Made by a program: the position numbers and the translations under genes. DNA of 63,225 bases, the filler included, from Intoshia linei (taxonomy: Eukaryota > Animalia > Orthonectida), in the NCBI GenBank assembly GCA_001642005.1. It is 3 parts of 3 records of this genome, joined end to end, with 100 filler letters (N's around TTAATTAATTAA, not from the genome) between each part and the next. Parts side by side here need not be neighbours in the genome. Positions count along the whole stretch, not along the records: positions 1 to 30,937 come from LWCA01000348.1; positions 31,038 to 61,205 come from LWCA01000369.1; 1 more part is not named here. One strand, given 5' to 3'. The notes under the pieces were generated by a model. It searched no databases. It saw nothing but the letters and a program-made list of their open reading frames with translations, and was not told where the DNA came from. Within the stretch, counting starts at the first letter, position 1, and each line of letters begins with the position of its first letter. Of the stretch, positions 25,501 to 38,500 are shown one piece after another.

Positions 25501-27544
25501 AATATTTATTTACTAATTTATCATTTTTACAAATAAGCGGATGTATATTAATTTACAAACCAAATGTTGATCAATTAAAAATTTTCTAAAAAAAAATGCT
25601 ACCACGTTTTCGATGTACCTGGTGAAAAAAAAGAAAGATTGGATGTAATTGATTTGCCGTTGAAAATACTTAGAAAGAGAGGAAGACCAATAAAAACATC
25701 TAATAAAGCAAATAAAAAATATTTCAAGGACAGAAAAATGCATAATTAATAATTTTTTTTTATTTTGTTTAAAAAAGTTTTCTTTGTTTCATCATCAGTT
25801 TAAGTAAATATTAAAACGTTTATAACTTGTTTATCGCTAATCTTTCTATTTGAGAACTTCTATTTGTTTTGTTTGTGATATTGAGTTTTTATGGGATACT
25901 CCGCAATTATGTAAAACTAAATTTTTTTCTTAAAGGTTAGTAAAACTATAATTTTCCTTTTAGGGTTGGTAAAACTGGAATTTTTCCTTTAAGGGTTGGT
26001 AAAACTGCATTTTTCCCTTAAAGGTTGGTAAAACTAGAATTTTCTTTAAAGGGTTTTTAAAACCGAATCTTTCCTTTTAGAGTTGGTAAAACTGGATTTT
26101 AGTAAAAATGGTGGAATTTAAATAGACACCCTTAAATAACTATTGATTTAATTTAACTAATAGATAAGTTCACTTTAAAAAGATGATAAAATTTGAAAAT
26201 TGTGAATTTCAAGCTTTCAAAAGTGAAATTTTTGCTTTTAATTTCGAAATAGTCTCGTAAGGGTTAAAAGAATATAAATTTCAAAATTTTATTTAGTTAA
26301 TAGTATTGGTAAATGGTAATTTGAGTGTTTACGTAAGCGCTTCTGATCATGAAAAAACGGTAATTTTTGTTCTCTTGCGACTGTTTAAGTTATTAAAATG
26401 CTCGACCAGTAACGGATTAATCCGTCCCTACTGTACTGCATTTTAGATATTTTTAAATTAAATTTACCTTGATAAATTTTTATTTTATTGGACAATTTGT
26501 TGCAATTACTAAAAAATTAAAATTTTTTTTTATAAATATATACTTTGTGATTTTTATTATCGATTCCTCGTAAACAAGTTTTTCTTCATTTATTTTATCA
26601 AATTTTTCATTAAGATTTTTAATTATTTCTTCCTATTCAATTTCATTTAATTTTTATTTTAATACATGAAAACTTCAATTAAGAGGTACCAACAAACCTG
26701 AGTAAGAATACGGACAAAAACATTAACAAAACGTATCAAATGTAGTGAAAAACAAAACACGTCTCCATTACAGAACTGAACCTACCCTACCCTAGACACC
26801 GAAATTCAAAAATAAAATTAAAAAAATTGATTTAGCCTGATGCTTTCAGTGCTGTAGGTTCGTCTCTACTTCAATAGTCTAGCCACAAGTAGAAAATAAT
26901 GTTCCAGGGATATATGCCAGTCTTAACCGAAGTATACTTAGATCTAATATTTTGGTACAATATTGTAATCCTATAATCCTATTAATAATGTAATAATCCT
27001 ATTACTCCGATTGAAGAAAAATAAGGTTAAATGACACAATTAAAAAAGGTGAAAATCATTGCAATTCAATTTAGATCAATAAAAAAATTCATTAAATTTT
27101 ACTCTACCGTGTACTAAAATCTTCACACAATACTACACTGTAGTACCTTTTCATTTTTATCAAACTGTAAAGAACTAATCTTCATTTCATACTGAACATT
27201 TGAAAATTCGTGTTGAATATTATTTTGATTTAATTGATTAGAAATAGAATCTAATTTACCTAAAAAAAATAGAAAAATGAAAAAAAAAAAAAAAACTATT
27301 AGCATTATTTCTAATATGATTGATATAATTTTCTTTTTTAATAATAAGTTGATTATATTTTTGTAAACGAATTTTTTGTTGAGCATTAAAAGTTTCCAAT
27401 TCCATTCGTTTAACATTACTTTTTTCCATTTCATCTCTTAAATGTTCAAAATGGGAAGGAGATTTATGCTAAAAATGATTAAATCGCAAGTTTAATAAAT
27501 TATACATCAAATTCGGAAACAGTTTGATATACTTTAGAATCCAT
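16593..27544 (-). CDS. CCDC171: Multi-exon long coiled-coil protein, CCDC171-like (may be more than one gene)
   Basis: Many minus-strand heptad-rich exons (ORFs at 27123, 23166, 21052, 19268, 18937, 18672, 16688). The hydrophobic segment SMVIIVGFLSYIIQSFLKQISIFSS followed by IRKFKIAVQVIICINRL resembles, from memory, CCDC171 SLLAACALMAGALYPL...IRIFRKGVIAVLAANRL. Putative start MDSKVYQ at 27544; last exon IKETESIANAHFTKYNI* ends at 16593. Confidence 0.6.
18040..18310. repeat. Second copy of the 10.8-11.1 kb repeat, here with a ~63-nt period, intronic
   Basis: Shares atcgtaaatt(g/a)tattatta...aaatgtat..gagtt...aatgtaaattta and the cccaaattgaaacaggtaatattttt units. Confidence 0.7.
20323..21095 (-). 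mobile_element. Internally deleted hAT (Buster/SCAND3-like) element
   Basis: TIRs cagggggttcccaaa / tttgggaaccactg; 8-bp TSD ttacatat / tcacatat (7 of 8 match). Carries the C-terminal dimerisation region LITFPSSYLAERAFSNVINLLTNNRNRLQI. Confidence 0.8.
25339..26131. mobile_element. Non-autonomous Mutator/foldback-like element with long modular inverted repeats
   Basis: Perfect 9-bp TSD ttaaataac (25330-25338 and 26132-26140); G...C termini. ~29-nt units (ttttaccaacc..taagggaaaaatcc) are in tandem on the left and inverted on the right. Confidence 0.8.
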
Positions 27545-27702
27545 CCTATTTAAAACATAAAAATGAATTTAATAAATATTTTTAAAAATTTTGAAAATTT
27601 TGAAATTTTTGTTGATTTCACACTATAGAAAATGAACACTACAAATGAATCAAAAATAGAAAATGACGTAGTAAGGATAAACAATAGAAATTTTTATTAA
27701 AA

Positions 27703-29850
27703 CTACAAAGGTTCACATGCTCGACATACACGAACAGATTTGTTGTGAGAAACGAATCGATATGGAGAACAATCATTGCAAAAAACTTTACCACATTTTC
27801 GACAATGATGTTTACGTAGAACTAGCGTAAATTTTTTATCACAATAAAGGCAATTGTCTATAAGATCATCTTCCACCCATTCTGCCTTTTTCTGGGTAAT
27901 TTTACGTTTTGGTTTAATTACATTGCAATTTAGATTTTGAGAATGACTAGAATTGGTTAATGAAGGTTTAATATCAATTCCAGATATTTTTCTAGTATCT
28001 ATATTATTATTTTCACTTAATAAATTGTATTTCAGTTTAACTTGGGCGAGGTGCTGACCCAATTCATTCATAGTTTTTTTCAGTTGAGGGATAACCACAT
28101 CTTCCAATTTATTTTTTTCGTTAATTACGCAAATTAATCTTTTCTTTTGAGCAGTCATCATTTTATTTCTATTTTGATTAATTTCATCAAATTTAGTATG
28201 ATTATTTTTAATTTTTTCAGATAGATAATCTAATTTCAATTCTAAATTTTCAAAATTTTCCTCCAATTGTTTCAATTTGGCTTTATTATTATTGATAGTT
28301 TTTAATTTGATGGTCAGTTCTTTTTGGAATTTAAGTTTGTCATTTTTTAAACTTGCAACTTGTTCCATAAGTTGAGTACGGTTTGATTCAACCATGTCGA
28401 ATACTTTTAAGCGTCTATCTGTAGATTGTTTTTCTTTTAATAGTTCAGATTTACTTTCTTGTAATTGATCAATTAAATTGTCTTTAATGTGAATTTCTTC
28501 AATGTAAGCACTTATTGCTGCTTTCGTAGCTTTATATGAAGTGTCTCTATCTCCTTTTTTTGAGTTTTCAATTACTGAATCAACTACAGCACAATTTTCT
28601 TTATTTAAATTATCTTGACTGTTTATTTTCTGAATAATACCCATTTTTGTGTTGTAAAGTTCAATGCTCATTTTATCTTTTGAATTTTTTATTTTTGTCA
28701 GTTCTTCATTTAACGTTTTAAATTGTTCTTTTAATGTTGATTTTTCATTGTTCAATGTCATGATTCTAGTTTTTAATTTTGTCACATCATCGCTATTGTA
28801 TTCTACAACGCCTTCTGAATTAGAGTCTGAATTTTTAAGATTCAAATTTTGATAAATTTTTTTTTGCATAGTTAAACTACCAACTCGATTCATCAGTTCA
28901 AGGTAATTTATAGGTAGAGTTATTTTTTTCAGCAATAAATTGAGATTTTCCAATTTTGTGTAATTAAACTCGAATCTAAATTATAAATTACTTTTTCATC
29001 TATAAATAATGTCCATAAAATCAAGTTGAAAAAAATTTCCTCTTACAAATTTTCACAAAAAATGCTAAATTTGTTAAATCCCTTTAAAATATGATTAAAT
29101 CTTATCGAATTGTGAAACATTGACACGTATGAACATTTTTCATTGAACGAGAGAAAATAAAACTCAATATTATTTAAAGAAATGAGATTCCCACAAAATT
29201 CATCATAGTATCTTGAAAAAAAGAAACTATTTGCATTGAAATATTTCTTTGAAATATCATTGTACTTTCCGATTTGTAACATGAGATCTGATAACCACTT
29301 CTTTTCAATACACTGCATAAACAACAACCTCAATCGTGTATCACCCGTAATGCTATTAGATTTTGATTTCAACTAAAATACATGTAATTATAAAGACAAA
29401 AATATACATTAGATTTATCAATCAGATATGACACTAGGCATGTTTCTTGTCTATCATTAGAATTATTTATGGGTTCTTCGACAATGCCTATAGATTCGTC
29501 AATATCATTGAGAATACTAACTATTTCAAATGCTTCTTTTCTACAACTAGCATCAATGTCTTCACACATTCTAGATAGAAATTCTGAAAAGGGCTGCCAC
29601 ATAGCTTCATTAGATTTAGTTGACTTTAAACTTCGCATTATAATGTACTCTATAATGTCTATCACTGATTGGCAATCTTCAATGTTGGAATTGTCGTGGC
29701 CCACATTACTTACCACAATCTTTATTGATTCACGAATTGCAAAAATATAATTTCCGTGGATTATTTCATTTCTTAAATTATCCTTTGTGGCTTCACGCAT
29801 TTTCAAGTTTAAAGGACTACCACAATATATATATTTAGTAATAAAGTTTT
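27703..29850 (-). CDS. RUN domain - coiled coil - FYVE zinc finger protein (RUFY/FYCO1-like); 5' end uncertain
   Basis: C-terminal FYVE WVEDD..CLYC..KF...RKHHCRKCGKVFCNDCS...RVCRAC. RUN-like GDTRLRLLFMQCIEKKWLSD...KYFNANSFF...GNLISLNNIEF. Long coiled coil in the 416-aa ORF. Confidence 0.85.
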
Positions 29851-30068
29851 AAACTATGCAAATAAAAAAATTTATTATTTATTTGGTATTTAACTTAAAT
29901 AATCAAATCTTTTTCGATGGCATCCAAAATTATGCTCAATGTGTCTTTATCCGCCGATATTGATGCCTAAATAAATAATATTTACTTATTATTATTAGTA
30001 TGTAGAGGTTTTAAAATGACAAGCATGTTATGTTGGTGATTATAGAATTATTTTAGCTTACTTTAAGC

Positions 30069-30496
30069 CAGAGGTGGAGAAGTATTTACTGTTGGAAGGC
30101 CGAACTAACGTCCCAAAAAATTTAATAAGGCCACACCTTTCTAAATAAAATTTAATCAAATACAGCAGTGCTTCTCATGGGGGTGAATACGAAGATTTTA
30201 AATGATTGGGGTGAATCATAAATTTTTAGCATATTTTATTCAATTTAGTAAAATCTTATGAGAAAAAACCAAAATTTTACAAACCACCAAAAGCGCGAGC
30301 ACTAACGGGTTAAGGAAGAAATCCCCTTTTACCAATATTTATTTGAAAAATCTCTCTATCTGATCCCAAAAGAAAAAACATAATTTTACCAACCCTAAGT
30401 AAAAAAACTGCGTTTACCAAACATTAATATTTTATAAATAATATAATAAATAAAATAATTCAAATTGTTCAGAAAGCCGCACTTTCTCCACCGCTG
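30069..30496. mobile_element. hAT MITE
   Basis: TIRs cagaggtggagaa / ttctccaccgctg; 8-bp TSD ctttaagc / ctttaggc with a central TA (Buster-type). Confidence 0.8.
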
Positions 30497-30937
30497 CTTT
30501 AGGCCCTAAACTTTATGCAATGGTAAGAAATTACGATGGGAAGTAAAAATTTTACCAGGGAGGTGATTCTTTTAAAGGTACTTTTCTCTCATTAATTAAT
30601 TTACATTTTAAGTAATCGTAGAACATACTCAATGAGTATTACTCATATTATGCCATTTTAATTTTAATCTAACTATTTATCAAATTTAATATGGCTGGGC
30701 AACACTGTTGGTTAGGGGTGTGAATTTTTTCACTTTTTTGCGAAAATACAAAAGTGCCACCCCATACGTGGAAGATGGGATTAAATGATACACAATTATC
30801 AAAAAATTATATAAAAAGGATTAAAAAACCTTGGGGCAAAGCACTTCAAAATATGAATAATGAGCATAATTTAATTTATTTTCTATAGTAAATTTCATAG
30901 TAATAATTATTTCCATAACAATTAATTTTCAATTTAT

Positions 30938-31037
30938 NNNNNNNNNNNNNNNNNNNNNNNNNNNNNNNNNNNNNNNNNNNNTTAATTAATTAANNNNNNN
31001 NNNNNNNNNNNNNNNNNNNNNNNNNNNNNNNNNNNNN
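30938..31037. other. Assembly gap with artificial TTAATTAATTAA spacer
   Basis: 100-nt block of N with a central 12-mer that gives stops in all six frames; identical to 61206-61305. Confidence 0.95.
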
Positions 31038-31979
31038 CTTATAAGAGTAACATTCACCACTAATAATCATATCTCGAGGAGGGTATGATTAAGGGTTTTC
31101 CGGGAAATTCTGAGTAGTTCAATTTTGGTGGCGAAGAAGCTTTCCAAGTATAAATAAAATAGAATTTTTTTTAATTAGAAAGTTATAAGAAAATTGAAAT
31201 GAAAAAGCTCTTAGATATATTTTAACGACCATTCTCATTGAAAAGGAAATATAAATTTCTTTATTAAAAAATTTATGTTTTCAATATTAGAAGGGTAATT
31301 TTTTAATTAAAAATCAAATTGTTTTATATATGCGACATGCGAAAAAAAATTTTTGATCATGCTTTTAGGTGCCGCGATTTTTTGAAATTTCATAAGGGTT
31401 CCGCGCAGTAAAAAAGGTTGAGAAACACTGAGTTAGGAGTATGACCAAATTTTTATATCAAAAGTACACCCAGTAAAAGTATATTCAATTTGCACCCAAT
31501 GACACTTCACCAGTCTTTAAAAGAATGGAATTGCAATGGCTGTAAAGTTTTGAATAATTTATCGCTCATCGTAACATTTATATTAATAATATTTAATATG
31601 AATATTATTAATAATTCGTAGTATTTATGAATTTTTTTTGAATTTATTAAAATTTTTTTTTTAATTTAAAGTTGTTATTTGTAATTAATTAACATTTGGA
31701 AGAATTATATTGATGCATACATACGACATTGGACAGATTAATCATCAATAATTTACTAAATAGAATATAATGTAAAGAAAATTTTTTAAATTTGATATTT
31801 GTCGATTAGATTGATTTTATATTTTAAGAGTTATGAAAGTACCATTAATGATTGACCTCATTATCAAGGATACTTTTCTATCTGTTATCTTAATTGACCT
31901 ACCTGATATTGGCTTTTTAATGTACTGTATATAAATTTTATACCACCTTTTTATTATTGATGATACGATGGGTCTCGGA

Positions 31980-32565
31980 AAAAAATTCTAAAGGAATGAA
32001 TTATATAGATTTTCACTTATATTTCTTTATTGGAAATGTGTAGACATTCAATGCACATTTTTTTTGAAATAGTAGGATCAATACATGTGTTTAAATTTTC
32101 AATTTTTATTTTTATTTTAATCTAAATATTTGAAAATTATTGGTAGATAAAATATTAAAATTATTTTTCAACGGGAATGCGTAGATTTCTGGGGTTGAAA
32201 TTTTGTATTTATATTAACTGGAATAAGCTTTATTAGATTAATCTTGTTTTTTATTTTTGGACCGTTAATTATTTAACATTTTTTGTTTTAATAAAATATT
32301 TTGGAAAAAAAATATATGAATACTAAAATTTGTTTTGATTGTGAACGCATAACTTATTTAGATTGAAAAATTTTGTAGTGTTAACAGGATATAACTGTAT
32401 CACCTGTAATTTTTTTTAAATTCTAGGGCTGTTTTCATTAAAAAAAAGGGACAATTGGGCTTTTTGATCCGTAAGATGTGAGATTGGGAGGTTGAAATTT
32501 ATTTTGCTAACACCCCAGAAAAAACTATAATTGAAATGTGGACTTTATAAAATTCTGAGACTGGA
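31980..32565 (-). mobile_element. Truncated Helitron-like repeat copy
   Basis: Same internal blocks as 6955-7824; both termini absent. Confidence 0.65.
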
Positions 32566-32589
32566 GTTCTAAAATTAAATGTAATTTAG

Positions 32590-35500
32590 ATTTGTGCCAA
32601 TTTAATTTACGATGCAAAAGAAATTTATGATTTGCACAAAACAATAGCAAAAGAAACAAGATTATGCCAAACAATAAAATTTCTTGATACTACTTCGTGT
32701 AATTTGTTGAGATTAACCGATAACCGAGAAGAATTGTTAGATTTCTCGATAATTTACCATGAAAAATGTCAACAAGTATTTTTAAAATATTTATAAAAAA
32801 ATTTACCAAAACCAATATAAAACTTTATAAAATATGATAAAAACATATTTTCTTTTTTATATATATATAAATTTAATTGTTAGTAATAACATTTTTTATA
32901 AATTAGATTGAAGAATACTCCCAATTTATAAACCAAGACCTTTTACCTAAAGAGTTAATTGACCAAATATTCAATGAAATATCAAATGGAAAATATTGTG
33001 ACAAATTTGATTGTTTAAACTTATTATCATCGACTCAAAAATACCACGAAAAACACTTGACAACCATAAAAAAAATGTCTAGTGAATTTTTCAAATCCTG
33101 TGAATCTCTAACAACATACATTGAAAATTTAAGAAATCAAAATGACGATATTTGCAATCTAATAAGTCGAGATGAATTTGACGCTATGGATAAATTTTTA
33201 AAAATAAAGAGAGGTGAAATTGAAGCAAAAATTTGCAATTACAATAAAAGAATTCGAGATAACGCAAAAGATATTTTACCAATCAGCAACGTGATAATAT
33301 TTTTACGCGACACGGAAACAGTAATCCAATGGTTAAACAATCATTGCCGAATAAGATTAAAAGATAGCACACGAATTGGAATGTCTTTAGAACAAGTAGA
33401 ATCATTAATATCAAAAAATTCTGAAGAGGAATTTCAAGTGTCAAAAGTTCTTTCAAACGCCCACAAACTTTTAAGTACAATTGAACCATTGAGTAGTAAT
33501 TTTAGTAGAATTTGTTATGTTTTGGAAGAAACTAGGGCAGTCATCGAAACATCCATTAAGACGTGTAATTTACTCATGAAAAAACGTACAGAAATTTTAA
33601 ATTTAGGTCAAAATTATTATCGTCATTGTAATGAAATTATAGACTGGTTATCAGATTTTATTAAAGGCAACGGTGAAGATGATTCTTTTACAAATTTTAT
33701 TCTTAAAGACGCACACGTTCAGGATTGTAAAAAATTAATAAATGATATAAAAAATCAGCAAATTTCTATTCATAGTGCAATTTCTAGAATATCAAATGAA
33801 TCTGTTACTTTGTTAAACAACATCCAACAGGGTAACAATGTTCAAATGGACGCATTATTTGAACGGGATGAAATTAACGCTATAAATGAAAAATTATCTC
33901 TAGTCGAAGACATTTATGCGGAAGTGAAAATTTTGTGGAACAAAAAAATTGTTGAATTGGAATTTGCAGTAAATTTGATTAATTTTAAATTTCAAATAAA
34001 AAATTTATACAATGATGTTAAAATATTTTTCGACATTTTAAATCATTTAATTGAACAAAATAATAATTTTCATAATATTTTGGACATTATAAAATTTTGT
34101 GATCAAAAAAATTTTACAAAATATTGTTGTGGGGATTTCCTGGAAAATCATTTTAAAAAAATTGAAACTGAATCTAAACAATTGACAAATAACTGTAAAA
34201 TATTGGATGAAAATTTTAACAGAATTGATAAAAATGTAAATTTGAAATTTTGGTTGGATAAAAATGTTGTTATTTATTTGAATAAATATTCAAACTATGA
34301 AAATTATCGAAATGATGTCAATTTCGGAATATTTTATAGTACGTGTAATGTTGAAGAAGGTGAAATTGTAGGGTTCATAGGAATGCATGGAACTTTGAAA
34401 AAGATTAATAGCGTGGCTATAATCATGTATAATATTGTTGTTAATGTATTGATTGGTTGGAATAAACTAAGGCATGTTGAATTGGAGAAGGAATACATGA
34501 TTAGTGAAACTGAAAAAACGACAAAAAAATTATTTTACGAATTTGGTTCAATTTATGAAAAGTCACTTTGTTTTAATAATATTGAAAATTGTGAAATTTT
34601 TCGTGCCAGATTGTTAAATTTACAAAATTTGGACATGAAATGTGATCTTTTTTCATCCAATGTTTTATTGAACCATTTGGATGGAAAAATTAATGATTTG
34701 GTCTTGGATATTACTTCTTATCAACATCGATATTTTGTTAATGAAGTCATTTGTAAATGCTTAATTAATGATTTAAAACTTTGTTACAATGAATGTTCTG
34801 ACGAATTGAACGTGTTGAGACGGTTCATTTCATCTTCCATTTCATGGTCTAAAACTACAGACAATTTAAATAATCTTATTGGAAATATAAAGCAAGAATC
34901 TTATTTTATTGAGAGCCTTTTTAGTGAAGAACCTTCCAATCATGCAGACTTTGAAAAAAGACAAGAAATTGTTAAAGACTTGATTCATAAGCATATGGAC
35001 GAAAAAATTAAATTTCTTAAGGCTTTTACTCTTACTCGTAAAGTTACTGATTCCATGATTAAATATACCAATGAACTGAAAATTAAACTGGAAATTAAAT
35101 TTAAAAGTTTTAATGTCAAAAAAATGGATTTATTTATGTTAATTTTTAAAACTGTCGAGTTTGTTAAAGATTACCTCAAACTTTTAATGGGCCACGAAGA
35201 AACGTTTCATATTGATTGGCTTACAAATTTAAAAAAATTGGAATCTACCAAACTTGTTTCTTCATTACAACATTTAGTTAATAAAATTTCCCAAAATTAC
35301 CAATCTAGTAAAAATTCCGTCGTCAAAGAATTGGATTACCTAAAAAAATTTTCAAATTCCGTCAATATTATTAAATCTCATTATGAAACTGCTAATTGTC
35401 TCATTTTAAAAATTGAAAATTTACTTTCAAATGAATCTAAAAAAAAGGACATGTTAGGTCAACTTGAATATTCTATTGACGAAATGAGAATTGATGGTTC

Positions 35501-38500
35501 ATCTGAATCTCTTAGTAGTGATTCTTTTAATTTAATTAAAAAAAGATTAAACATTACAAATGAAATTATCAAAACAGAAGAATGTTTCGTCGAAAATTTA
35601 AAAATCTTTATGACTCATTACCTCAAATCACCAACTTTATTTGGTAAAAAATGCACAGATTCCAAATGGACCTCCAACAGTGATTACATCAACCCAATCC
35701 TCGCAGACGTGACAAATATTTACACTTTTCATAAAGACATTTTTTTAAAGGAACTTAAATTGTACGAAAAACACCCAGAATCAATTGGCCATTGTTTCAT
35801 TACATGGGGAGATCATATGGTGACATTATATGCTCATTATACAGTAAGCCATCCCAAGTTTACACACGTTTTGGAAAAATTTCCAGAATACAACTATTTT
35901 TGTAATGCCATCGCGAGAACTAATAATATCGAAACTATTGGTTCAATTCTTATTAGCCCTATTCAGAGAATGACTAAATTTTCACTTTTAATGAGCGATT
36001 TAAAAAAAACTTGGTTACCCGATAATGTTCCCTTGGATTTAGAAAATGGTTTAAAGGCTACCAAAAATGTTCCTAGTCGATCAAATTGGTATTTGGAATT
36101 ACATTCTGTCAATGAAGGTATATCTCAAAATGCTTTAAAATCTTTAGGAATTCCACGACTTTATTATGAATTTACCGTTTTACCAGTGAAATCTAAAAGT
36201 TTTAAAAAATTTATCTCCAAAAATGACGAATTAAATAAATCTGTTACTTCTATTAATTCATCTTTTTTAAAAAATAAAAAAGTTAAATGTATTTTCCTTT
36301 TTGATACTCATTTAATTATTACCAAAACTATCAATAAAAAATGCCATTTAACCAAATCTAATCAAAAAATTCTCAAAAATTTTGTACGAATTGATCAACT
36401 TGGGATTTGTGATTTTGCTGAAAATGTTTCGGATGATCGTACTTTTTCTATTCTTTATAAATCAGGATCTCAAAAAGTTAGACTGAGTCTTATGGCGGAA
36501 ATTGTTGATGTCAAGAGGGAGTGGGTTTTTTGTATTCGATCTCTTTCGACTGCTAGATTGTCTAGAGTTGATATCAGGTAATTATATATTTATATACAAT
36601 TTTAAATAGTGACTATTAAATTGAGACTCTGTATTAGGGGTATTTGATAATTCTATAGGGCAAGTTAAGATTGGGGAAAGACTTTGAGATTGAAATTAAA
36701 TTTTTGTGGATGTTGACTGGAAATGAATGTGTTTGCAGTGATTTCTTTCAATTCTAGGTCGAAAAAAGTATTTTTAATAGTCAATTTTTAAAAAAGGATA
36801 ATTTTGTGGTTTGGTCATGAAGATATCAATATTTAAATTTGAATTATATCTTACTTTCTGCGCCAGAAAAAATGACTTGGAATTTTTGTTTTTCAAATTT
36901 TTGGAACTATCAGTTTTCTCAATAAATTACACAGACAAACACACATACACATTTAGATACTTTACTTTTATTTAATATTAGTAAGGATTATTTCAGAGTA
37001 GTCAGCTTTGAGAGCAACCACATTTTAATTAAGGTTTTAATATTTCTAAATTTGAGTAATTTAGTGAAAAGGCTAACCATAGAAAAGATTCAGAGGTTTT
37101 TTATTTTATTTTTTATATACAATTATATTTAAGTTTTTTGTTTTGTGTTGAGTTTAATGTTATTTTTAATTGAAGCAGTGATGGCACTTTATCATTTTTT
37201 CTACCCTATTGGACGTATTTTATCCACAAATATGTAATTTGATATGTATCAGATTGAAAAGGCTAAACCTTTGAAGGGTCACTAATTAATATTCAATTAT
37301 TATCCACAGCAATGATGTGACATTATTTTATAAAATATAAGTAAAACAATCCAATAAGTAGAATCTAATCCAGAATACTGTGGGTACTACCCACTTCCAA
37401 ATGTGCAGATTTTAAGACATGAAGAGCGATAGGTGTTTAGATGAAATTTGTGGCTAAATTGGATTTATAAGTAATATATTTTTTAATTATATTTTGTTTT
37501 GAATGGCAACTTTAAACTGTCAAGTCCAGACCCATACATTCCACGTGGCCATGGAAAGGTGCTACAGTAACGACAGATTAAGTGGAACATGAACCAGTTA
37601 AAAAAGTAAACAGTGGCCTTTTTTAAAAACTTTAAAATTTTAAACATTTAATTTAATTTTCCTTACTTTTAATGTTTTTCTATATAAAATGAGTTGTATA
37701 CTGGCTGAAAGTAAACCTTTGACAAAAAAAGTTGACCATGTTCTCTGAAAAATTTAAATAAATACAAAAGAAAAAAATTTTTGAAATATTAATATATTAA
37801 TAGTTACAGTATTTGTCAATTTGAATTGTTTATAAAAGTCTGATGTTAATAAAAATTTTAAATTAATTTTAAATAATAATTGTTAATTAAACGGTTTCCA
37901 TGAAAATAATTTTTAAACGATTCAATTGTATATCTTATCTACGGTTATAGTATATATATGTATAACTCGGGAGTTCCTAAACTCATTTGGTCTACCGCCA
38001 CATTTTTAGAAATATATTTTTTCAATTCCCACTTGAAAAATGTTCCACTAACTCGTATAATATATATTTAAAATTTACTTAATAATTATTGAGTAAAGTT
38101 ATTATAATTATTTATTAACCAAATTTTTTTTGATTCAACTGAACACAGTGTAACATTTTTGAACTTTTTAAAATTTATCTCGAAAATTTTATTAAGAAAG
38201 TGAAGGGGTTGGTCGTTAACCTATAATCTGAAAATTACAGATACATCTATCGCTTAGTTACCGAAATAATTACGCAACAATATTATTTTGAAAACATTTA
38301 AATTTGATTTTCGGTATGTTTTATACATTTTTTTATTATATAACAAAAATACAATTTAACTTAAAATATTTTGAGGCATCTATTCAAACTATGATTTTTA
38401 ATATATAACCTCGATTTAAAAAAAAATATAACATTAATTTATCAAAATTGGTATCATGGATACAAAATCAAAATAAAAGTTTATTTTACAATTTTTCTGG

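Noticed and set aside
30982-30993. TTAATTAATTAA palindrome inside N runs (also at ~61250-61261)
   Set aside because: Identical in both gaps and gives stops in six frames; an artificial contig-joining spacer. Adjacency across these gaps is not guaranteed.
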